The position numbers and the translations under genes are program-made. A stretch of DNA of 63,456 bases, filler included, from Reticulomyxa filosa (lineage: Eukaryota; Protista; Foraminifera), in NCBI GenBank assembly GCA_000512085.1. It is 23 parts of 23 records of this genome, joined end to end, with 100 filler letters (N's around TTAATTAATTAA, not from the genome) between each part and the next. Parts side by side here need not be neighbours in the genome. Positions count along the whole stretch, not along the records: positions 15,243 to 27,694 come from ASPP01025049.1; positions 27,795 to 32,883 come from ASPP01027361.1; positions 32,984 to 34,746 come from ASPP01003897.1; positions 34,847 to 36,014 come from ASPP01024437.1; positions 36,115 to 37,812 come from ASPP01037067.1; 18 more parts are not named here. One strand, 5' to 3'. Position 1 is the stretch's first letter. Each line of letters opens with the position of its first letter. This document shows, piece by piece, positions 25,493-36,688 of this stretch. The notes below the pieces were generated by a model. That model saw only the letters and a program-made list of their open reading frames with translations, made no database searches and was not told the DNA's origin.

Positions 25493-26781
25493 GTTGGTCT
25501 AGAGAATAGCTGCAAGAATGAACACAATTTAAAGATTCAAAAACGGATTTTTTTGAAACAAGTTCCGTCTGGGAAAGTATTTTTTACATAAAGCAGGAAA
25601 CAGCCAAGTCTGTTCAAATAATATTTTTCGTTTTTGTACAAAGCAGAATTTTTATCAAACATGTGAGCTAGATGGAATTACTTGAACAACATTATATCCA
25701 TTTCAATATTAAGTAAATATCAAAAAAGTTCGAAACCGAATAACATAAAAAATTAGTGCTGATGGCACCAAAAGGAAAATACAGACGTTATATAATTTTT
25801 CGCTAATATTTTAATCTGGACGAAGGGAATATTTGAGTGAGAGAATACTTTAATCCGAACAAAAGACAGATAGATGTTATATTACATCAAAATTAACACA
25901 GCGCTTGTTCTCTTTGTAGGTTTGTTTATGTTGAACAAGAACGCTTCGTTGTTGCAACCACAATTTAAATTGAATGAGTATGTGTATATTTTTGTTTGTT
26001 TTTTGTTTATGTTTTCTAATAGTGAGTTCCAATCATATCCGTACAAGATTTTGCAAAAAAATAGAGTTTGTTGAAAGTCTTTAATTCTATTTTTTACGTG
26101 AGCTATTTCAAGGTTATTATGTTCTTGCAATTCTTTTGTCTTGCAGCCTCTTTTTCTGATTTATTGCCATTGTTGTAATGTGTTTGTCACTTGTACCAGC
26201 GCAAGCAAACACTGTTGTGATTTTGATTCGAGATCTTTAGTGAATTCTTGAGACCGCAAAGATCAATTATCAAATATTGTCGTAATTTCCTTGAAATGGG
26301 CTAAAGTTTTTTTCTTGCTCCCACCTTTCATTATTCTCTGTATTTCCTTCGCAACACTTGCTTGGATGTCTCCAATACGACTCCGCACTGAAACAATTAG
26401 CCACCGGACAACACCACGTAAAATCTTTCCAAAATTCAGTTTCAGAGGTCTGTTTTCATTGTATTGAATTTAGCCATTTTTTGGAGGGAAATTTTTCGTG
26501 TATGAATTTGGTGACTCCAATTTTTTAAAACCGTCAAAAGAATTCTTTTTAAAAACTTTCCGTTGTCCTTAGTTCGGAAAAAGGTGCCTTGTGGTAATGC
26601 CTATTTGTACTTTGCAGAATAGAAGCTGTAGTATTTTTAAACAGTTTGAACACCATTTTAAATGTTATGAATATTCGGTGCTATTTTATATCTGTTCCCT
26701 ATGTCAAGAAGTCGGCTTTGTACTACAGTGACAAAGTACTTGAACGCTATTGCTGGGAATCCTTCGCTATGTGGATATACA

Positions 26782-27006
26782 TGTGGGGAGTCTACTGTGG
26801 AGAGTCTGCACTAAATGTAATACGAAAGGAAATTAGTTCCAAAAGAACAATTTCAGTAAAAGGAAAGTAAATTAAAGAGAATAATGACAAAAGGAAAGTA
26901 AGAAAAGACAAGGAAGTAAGAAGTAGTTAACTGAGGAAGTTTAACCCAAAGGGAGCTCCTCAGTTCCATACAAGTTCAACCATGTGTGATAAGGGCTTGC
27001 CCTACA
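26782..27006. mobile_element. Solo-LTR-like element, 225 bp, TSD TACA
   Basis: TACA|TGTGGGG...GCCCTACA|TACA; internal TGTAATACGAAAGG...TTCAGTAAAAGGAAA shared with the 58146 copy. Confidence 0.8.
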
Positions 27007-27446
27007 TACAGTTCGGATAATATATTTCACAACATTGCTTTTTGTCATTCATGCTTTTTCTACTAAAATATTGTCTTACTTATGATCTTTGGAAGTTTGC
27101 ACAACCTCCCCTACTAAAACACATAAAACTTCTTATTTATGTGGATTAAAAGAGCAACATTACGCAAATTCAAGAGCGCGCATAAACTTCTCGTATATAA
27201 ACATTTTTATTGGCACACGCATGTGAGGTTTCCTCCCGCGTCAACAATATTGAATTGTCGAAGTTTATTTAAGAAATCCAAAATGAAACGTTCAAAGTCG
27301 ACAACAAAGTGAAAAACAGATTGTCAGCAAAATTATGGATAATTTATCGAGTTAAAAACAAGTCATAAAACACGATTCAAGCCACATTTTATCCTTTGTC
27401 AAAAAATCGTTCAACTTTTTAATAGAATTCACAAGATTTTTGGAGC

Positions 27447-27694
27447 TTAATAGCGCGGTTTATGACGATCTCTATCGTCTCTTTCATTTCTATCGTTCCT
27501 GTCGCCTCTGTCATTTCGCTCACGATCAGTTCTATCATTTCGGTCGCTTCTTTCAGTTCTATCACTTCGTTCAGATCTATCAATTCTTTCAGTTCTGTCA
27601 CCTCTATCGTTTCTGTCACTCTTATCGTTTTTGTCACTTCTGTCGTTTCGATCATTCCTTTCATTTCTGTCATTTTTATCAACTCTATCATTTC
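27447..27694 (-). CDS. 3' end of a protein with an (x-D/E-R)n tripeptide-repeat tail
   Basis: 9-bp periodic repeat; the frame absent from the ORF track reads NDRVDKNDRNERNDRNDRSDK...DRDRHKPRY-TAA. Confidence 0.7.
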
Positions 27695-27870
27695 NNNNNN
27701 NNNNNNNNNNNNNNNNNNNNNNNNNNNNNNNNNNNNNNTTAATTAATTAANNNNNNNNNNNNNNNNNNNNNNNNNNNNNNNNNNNNNNNNNNNNCAAACA
27801 AACAAACAAACAAAACAAACAAAAAAAAAACAAAAACAACAAAGACGAACAAACTCAAATTATATATTCG

Positions 27871-29264
27871 TTGGCAGATTCAGATCCATATCCATACTAT
27901 CTAAGTGGTTGTATGGCCTATGCAAATGAAAACTGGTCCCAATGTTTGGAGTATTCACAAACAGCTTTAGAGATGAACAGCAATAGCAGCTTGCACAAAC
28001 AATGGAGCTCCTTTTGTAATTATCTGACGGAAGAGTTGGTATACCATGTCCATGTGATGAAATGTGTGTGCTTTCTCAAACTGCAAAAATTGGACAACGC
28101 TTGGCTATGCTTTCAACAACTCTTACCCAATACTTGTCGCTATTTTCAGATTTGCAGTCAAACGTTTGACTTCTCGCATTGCGTTTTTTATGTCCGACTA
28201 GATATCGCCAATCAGGTTCATATCGGACACAAATTCCCTAGTCTTTGGTATTCATTTTTGATTTTTCTACTGGAAACTGGTTTGTTTATTCGTATGTGCA
28301 TGGACTTTTTTTTTTTCATGGCCCCCCCCCCCTTCTCCTTCCTTTTGTCCTCTGGACGTATACATTTTTTTGTTACGTCTTCCTCTTTGTATATTTGTCC
28401 TCATAGACAAATCAGAGCAGGCATATCAATTGGCAAAATATTTGTTGTATCTCAATTATTTAAGCGAAAATGAATCGTTTCAATGCTTGTGGGAGTCAAT
28501 GAAAAGGAAAGTTAGTAATGAAAAGTATGATCTGTGTTTGGACGCAGCGTGGGCGGGAAATCAAGCACGCTTTGTCAATCACAGTGATCATCCAAATTGT
28601 GAGTTGGTAGAAAGATTCATTGGAAAGGAAGAGTGTCATGGTACTGAGGTTTGGATTCGCACACTCCGAGCCATAACAACGAGTTTTTTTTTTTTTTTTT
28701 TTTGTGAGATGTACTTTCTTTGACTTGAAAATTTGGAGTGCTGAACTTTGGAGCCATGAAGTGAAATAAATAAAATAAAAATTTTAATGTATTGTTGATG
28801 CAACGTAGATGAAGAACTGACGATAAATTATGGCAAACAGTATTGGGAAGAGTGCAACAAATCCAAACCATTGAAGCAACGAGACGACCCCTGGCAGGAT
28901 TGTATTTTTACACATGCGGTAATTGACAATTTGTTTAATCACTTAAGCGACCATGTGTTGAAAGAAACATTAAAATATTTGCATTTAGTAACTCCTCAGC
29001 TTTGCGATAAAAACTTTCCAAGGCAAATAGAAATACGAAAGGATCACTATGGCGGATTTGGAGTGTTTGCCAAAGAACGAATTCAATCCTCCTTTTTTTT
29101 TAATGAGATACTCCGGAATTCGCAAAATTGTCAATGAGTATCAAACTTCGGATTCTAGATATGTTGTTAATCTGAAATGTTTGTCACACGTGGATCACGA
29201 AAATCCAGATGCAGATGACAATGAAGATGCTCTTATGACAGAACAGTTTGATACAACCGTCTAA
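27871..29264 (+). CDS. TPR-like plus circularly permuted SET-domain lysine methyltransferase (5' partial)
   Basis: Exons ~27871-28279, 28407-28682, 28809-29264 with phase-1 GT-AG introns; one extra T in the run at 29093-29101. Motif order: LDAAWAGNQARFVNHSDHPNC, EELTINYGKQYW, GGFGVFAKERI, LMRYSG, SRYVVNL. Confidence 0.85.
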
Positions 29265-30550
29265 ACTGAGAGTGAAAGTGATGACTTTTCACTTATAATT
29301 CTTAAATGTTTCTGCTCAATTTTTTTTTTAACAAAAGTTTGACAATATGTTTTAATATTTTAACGAATAATTTAGATGCTCCTTTTTTTGGGACAAAAAT
29401 CCGAAAATATTGTCACTTTTAATGTTTTGAAAATCGTTTTCATTTCTACATTAGCCCTTTACAATGCAGTTAATATCATACACGCAATATTTGTAATTTC
29501 TTTTACATTCTTGGCTAATCGAAAACAATATTAGAAAATACGTTAACACTTTTAGTTTTTGTATTTTCAGAGGCAAAAATGTTTTGATCCATTTTTTTTT
29601 GAAAATCTAATGTTTTATGAACTTTGGTACAATCAAAAACTTGTCTTCATCCGTAGGTAGTTTAGAGAAAAAAGAAACATTGTTTGAAGTGTTTACCGGA
29701 ACAAAAAAAGATGTACGTATTGTATGATATATAAAATATTATGATTTATCTAATTGGTATGATTCACCTTGACAAAATGCTAATTTTTTGTGTTATATGA
29801 ACATTCAAATGATTTGTCAAGCAGATAATCAAAGATTTTGACATTGAGGTCAATGAAAGAGTTTGTGTGTACTTAATCAAAGAACCAACAAAAGTTTAAA
29901 TGATCAAACTTTCCATGTTAGTGCAGAGCTGACAACGTTCAATTGTGAAACACATTCATCTTTTTCTTTCTGTAACGCACTCAACACAAACGAGCATTCA
30001 TTTTTTTTGTTAATTTTTTTTCCCCTTCTTTGGCTATTTGTAGGGACATGTTTTTTAAAGATACGTTGAAATGATTTAATTTTGATATTATAACACTTTT
30101 AAAGCAAAAATGTGCAATACAAAATAGACATTCAACATTTCCTATTGTTACTGTAAAATCAGTTTCAACGTGACTGTTATATTGATGTGTTTTGCCATTC
30201 AACTTTTGAAAAGAAGACAAAGGAATTAATTCAAACAAAAATTTCAACACAATTATTTTAATAAATCAAAGATATTGAATAATTATTTTTAATTATTAAG
30301 ATTAAACAGAATAAAAAGTGTGTTGCAAGTGATAATGTTAGGGGGGTGGGGGGGTATAATTAAATGAAAAAATTGTATTTATTAGGCGAAAGTACGCCCA
30401 ATTATTGCCCATGTAAAGGGCATTTCATTAATATAATTTTTGTTTTTTTTAAAAAATGATTATAATGATTTGTATATAGAAAAATGAGATATTTATATAA
30501 CATGAACAACACTTTTTTTTTTTAAAGTTTAACAAAATTATTTATTTTGC

Positions 30551-30586
30551 ATGACAGAATGATGACAGAATGATGACAGAATGATA
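30551..30586. repeat. 11-bp minisatellite (ATGACAGAATG)x3
   Basis: Direct tandem copies in intergenic DNA. Confidence 0.8.
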
Positions 30587-31240
30587 ACATAATTAAATCA
30601 TTTTTACATTGTATTTTTCAATATGACTATGTCTATAAGTAATCGATACATTTGTAATCTCTTTAATTACATTATTATATTATTTCAATAAATCATCGTT
30701 TTGTATACTTGTGATTTGATTATTGAATGAAAATAACTGACAAAACGGATAAGTAATAGTTCTTTGCTAATCAAAAAATTATTTATTTATCAATGCAGAA
30801 CCAGTTATAAGTATAAGGCATTTAAATGCCAGGTGTTCAATAAATTGTTTTTTCAAAACATGTCAAACACAAAGAGATTTAATATTTCTGACACATATTC
30901 CACAATCTCAGTTCTTCATAAAAAACAATTAAATTTAAGATTCAGCAAAATTGTAAATGCGCTTGGGCAGTGTTAAATAACAACATAAAGCCGTATCTAT
31001 TTGAATACAACTTTTTTTGTCTCAAGTTTATCTCAGAAGTCACTACTTTCAGCTATAAACGTCATGTAATTCTCAAAATGTATGTGAACAAGGTGCAGTA
31101 AAATGTGTTTGTAAATATTCATTGTTTTTGACAGGAGGTGTGTAAACAAAGAGAAAAAAAGCAAGAGAATTTTGAAAGAGATTTTATTTTCAAATTCTTT
31201 ATTTGATTGGAATATTGGTTTTCAATTATTTCAAAAGAAG

Positions 31241-31904
31241 ATGGCAGAAGGACAATCAACTTCGCGCTCTTTTTTGAGCAAAATACCAGGACTTTCACGG
31301 AAAAAAGCGACATCAAATGAAAAGACAAAGATATCGGAGAAGTCTGCCTCAACCCCAGGTACTCCAACGAAGTCGGGAGAAAGTAGCGGAGCAGCGTCGA
31401 AAAGCAGCGGAAAAGAAGAGACCGGGAATGCGAACAAAAGCAAAGGAAGAGTAAAAAGCGAGGAGAAAAATATGGAGCTGGAGCCGGAGGTGAGTTTATA
31501 TCGAAGCAGTAGCGTACCTTTCAAAGGAGGGGACGAAAAGAGCACGAAGGAGGGAACACCTGAGGTGAAAAATGCAGCAAAAACCAAGAACGCAAATGAA
31601 GCGTCAACACCGACATCAGCACCAACAGTAACAACACCAGCAACAACAGTAACAACACCAGCAACAACAGCAACAGCAACAGCATCAGCGTCTACGACAA
31701 ATGAAAGCAATTCAACAGAGGCAATGAAATTGAAAGTAACAAAAACAAAGCAAACACATTGCAAAAAGTCTCAGTCGAGTGATGCTGTGGCGTCTCCACT
31801 AGGAGCACCGTCTGACGAAAAAACCGAAAGTCAAAATGACAATGACAATGATAATGATAATGATAATGACAATGATGATGAGAATGACAATGAGAATGAC
31901 AATG

Positions 31905-31956
<52 letters not shown>

Positions 31957-32760
31957 TGATAATACCAACCAAAAACACCATCATAATCATCATAACAATA
32001 ACAACAAACGAAAGAGTCGATTGGCTCAGACAAGCAGTAACGGAAGACATTTGGGACCTTTGGCGGAAGACCAAAGTGTTTGCGATGAGTGTGACAGTTA
32101 CCATTTAGGCGACGTGGTGTTGTTGAAAGATCGAAGAGAAGGATTGATTCGATACATTGGACCAGTTCATTTTTTAGTCGACACCAGCGCAAACAAAGAT
32201 AAAGATAAAGACAAGGACAAAGAGCCAGCTCCGCCCAAAGAAGAACATACCATTATGTACGGTATCGAATTGTTGGGAATGAGCGTTGGAACACATGACG
32301 GTAATTACATGGGATTAAGATACTTTCGAGTTTTGCAAACCTACTTTTTTATTTTTTGGTCGTTTTTGTGTTACAAAGATTTTTTTTTTTTTTTAAAAAA
32401 AAAAAAAAATGTACACTACGCACATATACACGAAAACTGTACATATGTACTTATCCAATATATTCATTCTGAGGTGGTGTGTTGGTAAAAAAAAAAGAAC
32501 GAATTATATATGCGTGTATATAAATATAAATATGTATATGTATATATGTATGTGTACATGATTTCCATGTAATCACAAGACGTCATCGGAGCGTGCTATT
32601 TTCGTGAAAGAGTCGCTGATCTTGCGTAAAATGACCCCGATGGATTTCTTGCCACCCTCGCATTTGCATCATCAGATCGAAAAACTTCGCAAAGAGCGGC
32701 AGGCCAATAAAACACACGAAAAGCGAAGATCAGCTCCCAAAGTTGTCCCACTTCATGTTA
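31241..32760 (+). CDS. CAP-Gly domain protein (3' partial)
   Basis: LGDVVLLKDRREGLIRYIGPVHF...YGIEL...GTHDGNYMGLRYFR | TSSERAIFVKES; intron 32330-32579; low-complexity N-terminus. Confidence 0.88.
31835..31962 (+). repeat. Coding microsatellite: (ND)n then poly-Asn (AAT)n
   Basis: AATGAC/AATGAT hexamers followed by an AAT run. Confidence 0.95.
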
Positions 32761-33556
32761 AGTTTGGCAAACATAGTCTCTCCTTGTCCCGAGTGTTCGC
32801 TTTCTCTCTCTTCCTTCTGGATCAGCTAATGTACTCGATTCGAGACTAATCATATACGTGTATACATATATCGATACATTTTANNNNNNNNNNNNNNNNN
32901 NNNNNNNNNNNNNNNNNNNNNNNNNNNTTAATTAATTAANNNNNNNNNNNNNNNNNNNNNNNNNNNNNNNNNNNNNNNNNNNNTATCGTTTTATGCGTTC
33001 AGTTTTCTTTGCAACCTACTGTATATTCAATTTCTATTTTTAATTTGCAAACAATTTGCAAATAGCCCAATAGAAATTACCTGCGATCAACACAAAAACA
33101 TTGAGGGAATATTAATCGTCAGATAGAATTGCTTAAATAAATTTTTAAATCAAAATCCAAATTCTTGTCCGATATCGAATCATAAAAGCTTTATATACTA
33201 CCAGAGCCGATTGGCAAAGTATTGTATTAATGAATTAATTGTAAAATGCCACTGCAGTTTCAAAAAGAAAAAGGAAATAAATCAGGTGATCATTGTAATT
33301 TTAAAGACAAAATTCAAAATTTAAATAAGCACTTGAAAATGATTGTTATCTTCAAATGGTCAAATGTCATTTTAAAAAATTTGGATGCAGCTATTGATGC
33401 TTAAGACGAGAACTCGACGAACATATAAAATTAAAACAAAATTTCATTTTGATCTAATGATGAAATATATTAACGAATTACAACAAATAATTCACCAATA
33501 CAATGTATTAATTATTTATTTATAATTTTAATGCAATAAATGATTAAAAAATATAA

Positions 33557-33894
33557 AATGACGAAATTCAAGATTACGTAGATAACGATTATAAAAACAA
33601 TGTGGAAAATATAGTAAACATTTTATCTCACTTGCTAGAAGAATTAAATCTGGAAACTATACTGATCAATGATATTGGTTTTCATTCGCTAGTTTTATCT
33701 TCTAGTTTACTAATGTCGAAACAATTCAAACATTGGGTAACTAAAGAAATTCTTCAATTTTGGCGAAAAACATGATAGGAAAAACTGGCACAAATATAGC
33801 CAGAAATGAACAATTAGCTTACATTCGTCAATTGGTGTCAATAAAATGATATAAAACATTTATTTATATTGCAACTAATATTAGTTTGTCTTGA
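33557..33894 (+). pseudogene. BRO-N domain relic with a possible T5orf172-like start; candidate endogenous viral element
   Basis: Frame 33557-33772: EIQDYVDNDYK...TILINDIGFHSLVLSSSLLMSKQFKHWVTKEILQFWRKT-TGA versus BRO-N consensus INESGLYSLILxSxLPxAKxFKxWVTxEVLPSIRKTG; FIYIATN at 33859. Confidence 0.75.
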
Positions 33895-34125
33895 CTTTCT
33901 ACGTAATAATAAGTACAATACAATTCAATTCTAATTTTTGTAAAAAATTAATAAAAAGCTTTTCACATATAATTGATTTTAAGGATTCGAAAAAATAGTT
34001 TTACCTGGATCCTGAGTTTTATTTTCTCACAATAAATCTACAAAAGAAAAGTGCTTTTAAGGATCTGTGTATAAATTGGTATTATGAAAAAAATGAAAAT
34101 AAGCTCAAGTGTAGTTTTTGATAAT
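33890..34125 (+). pseudogene. Degenerate protein-kinase-like relic, copy 1
   Basis: LDFLRNNK / SNF...HIIDF / FYLDPEFYFL across stops and frameshifts. Confidence 0.35.
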
Positions 34126-34249
34126 ATTTTGCATATTCGAAAAAGAAATTTGCAAATAAAACATAATATTTATTATAATAAAATATAATGCAAAAGTTTA
34201 AACACATTATAAGTACTTGTTCTAATGTTGTAAAGAGTTATCACAAATA

Positions 34250-34560
34250 ACATATTTGAATATAATTAATATCGGATCTAGATCCTTAAACATACTTTCC
34301 ACTATAAACTTTATTTAAGAAAATAAAATTCAGGACTAAGATAAAACATCATAATATTTCTTTGAATATCGATAATAAAAAGATTTATTGATAATGTTGT
34401 GATTTATAAAAATTACATTAAGACCGAAGTCAATCTACTTTACATTGTACAATTTTGTCATTTACAAAATTACTTGAAGTACTAATGTCAAAATGATGTA
34501 AATTAGATAATCCATTTTACTAATTAATTGATCATATATAAGCACTTAATGAACATGGAT
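34250..34560 (-). pseudogene. Degenerate protein-kinase-like relic, copy 2
   Basis: YDQLISKMDYL / LHHFDISTSSNF / NVK*IDFGL / FYLSPEFYFL in kinase subdomain VIa-VIb-VII-VIII order. Confidence 0.5.
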
Positions 34561-34846
34561 CATATTGTTTATTAGCTACATTTTAATTATTTTGTAAATG
34601 TCTGAAACAAGTATCTGCTTTGCAAATATGTTAAAATATGATTTTTATATAGTATATGCAAATTAGTTCAATGATAAAACTTTTTTCAAAAAATTCAATT
34701 GTATAGCATTAAAAAGCAAAAACAACGATTAAATCAACAAATTTTTNNNNNNNNNNNNNNNNNNNNNNNNNNNNNNNNNNNNNNNNNNNNTTAATTAATT
34801 AANNNNNNNNNNNNNNNNNNNNNNNNNNNNNNNNNNNNNNNNNNNN

Positions 34847-35162
34847 CAGCAACAGCAACAACAGCAATTGGAAGCTCAATTCATTCCATTTCATATCAAT
34901 GTCAATCACAATGACAATGACAATGACAATGACAATGACAACGATGACAAAGCTGTTAACTACTCCTGCAATACCGCAACTGACACTCCCATCGTCGACG
35001 CCCATCAGCAAGTGCTATATCTCTCCCACTGTCTTGCATCGCATCTTCGAAAAGGACTCGTCTGTCAAGCCATTGTGCGCTTTGGCCCTTTTCTCGTTTA
35101 CTTCTTGCCATTGCATTGGCAATCCTTCACTCAAGTTTTTTTTTTTTTTTCAAAAATAACAA

Positions 35163-35202
<40 letters not shown>

Positions 35203-35950
35203 TTGTTAGGCTCATTCGACCGAGAAGAAGGAAACCAAAGAAAAGGAAAAAGAAAATAAAGAAACTTTGAAAAAACCGAAAAAAGAGACAAAAGAGTGGA
35301 AAGACATTGGAAATTGGGTGCAATGGCATGCGCTGGCGAAACATATTTTGTGCTATTCGCACTTGCATTGCATGGAGGACAGCGACAAGAACAAGTTGGC
35401 ATTTGACTCGTTGTTGCATTGTGTGTTGTCACACGATCGAGTACAGGCCTGGATCGACTCGCAGTCGACGGCCTTTGTCCATTACTGTCAGACCTTGACT
35501 GATCCAACCATTCCTCCCTCCTCTTCTTCCTCGTCCTGGATCGAACTCGATTACGACCCGCTCATTTGGGATACGCTGTATCAAATGCCAGCCTCTGCCA
35601 AGGGCCAGCACACACATGTGCGCCATACTGCTCTTCCTCGCGATCATGATGGGGACTGCAAGATAAAAGATGTCGAACCAGTGGCAACCGCAGAGATCAT
35701 ACCAAAGACAAAGACAATAGCAAAGACAAAGACAATAGCAAAGGCAAAGACGCAAACACAGACTCGCAAAGATGATAATATGCCTGTGAAATTGTTGGAC
35801 AATTATGGTCTGTTCATCGGCAGCGTTGAGGCAGCTTTGAATTTCAATGCTTTGGAACAACTCCATATCACTCATATCCTCGATTGCTCCGCTAAACTTC
35901 AATCCAATTTCAAAGATCAAAGAATTCGCAAATTTATCTCGATTCAGTTT
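34847..35950 (+). CDS. Dual-specificity phosphatase-like protein (internal fragment)
   Basis: PVKLLDNYGLFIGSVEAALNFNALEQLHITHILDCS is the DSPc N-terminal motif; intron 35135-35209; the catalytic HCxxGxxR lies outside the contig. Confidence 0.7.
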
Positions 35951-36114
35951 AATTTATAATATATATATATGTACACATATGTACATATATACATATATAT
36001 ATATATATATATATNNNNNNNNNNNNNNNNNNNNNNNNNNNNNNNNNNNNNNNNNNNNTTAATTAATTAANNNNNNNNNNNNNNNNNNNNNNNNNNNNNN
36101 NNNNNNNNNNNNNN

Positions 36115-36331
36115 CGTGGCTCTTGTTCTCTGTTTACTACATTTTGTGCTTGCACTTGCACTTGCACTTGTGCTTGTGCTTGTGCTGGCCTTGCCATTGC
36201 ATCTACTATCTTTTCCTCATTTGCACTGTTGTCTTTTTTTGATTGTGTTCCTCCGCTATCGATCTTATTGGCATTTTTATTGTTTTCATCATTGCCATTG
36301 TTAGTATTGTTCTCCTTGTTATTATTGTTGC

Positions 36332-36362
<31 letters not shown>

Positions 36363-36688
36363 AATGTCATCTTCTTTGTTACCATCGGTAATGTCCCCTG
36401 CTCCTTCTCCCTCTTTGTCTTGTCTTGTCACTTGTTCATGCAATACACTTCTTTATTTTTCTCACATTTCATCTTCTAACAATGGTCAACAAAAAAAAAA
36501 AAAAAAAAAAAAAAAAAAGCAAACCTGATTGCGTCACCCAGCCCCGGTTTTCCTTCCCTTCTTCCACTCCGTTTTCGTTCGGATCTCCTGGCTGTCCAGA
36601 CTCTTTCTCTATCGGATTCGATTCTTTCTTAGCTTCGTTTGCGACTCCTTCAACAACAGAGTCATGGATGCTATGATGACTTTGCATG
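36115..36688 (-). CDS. Hypothetical low-complexity N/Q/E-rich protein, 5' part
   Basis: ORFs 36469-36768 and 36063-36443 separated by a T-run GT-AG intron. Confidence 0.5.

Noticed and set aside
27419-27746. CRISPR-like array, or the three ORF-track proteins at this repeat
   Set aside because: 9-bp degenerate coding repeat with no spacers; the listed ORFs are shadow frames.
31692-32192. Poly-Ile, poly-Tyr and Met-Thr ORFs (similarly 34799-35159, 36229-36528, 54817-55484)
   Set aside because: Shadow frames of Asn/Asp/Ala microsatellites in real genes.
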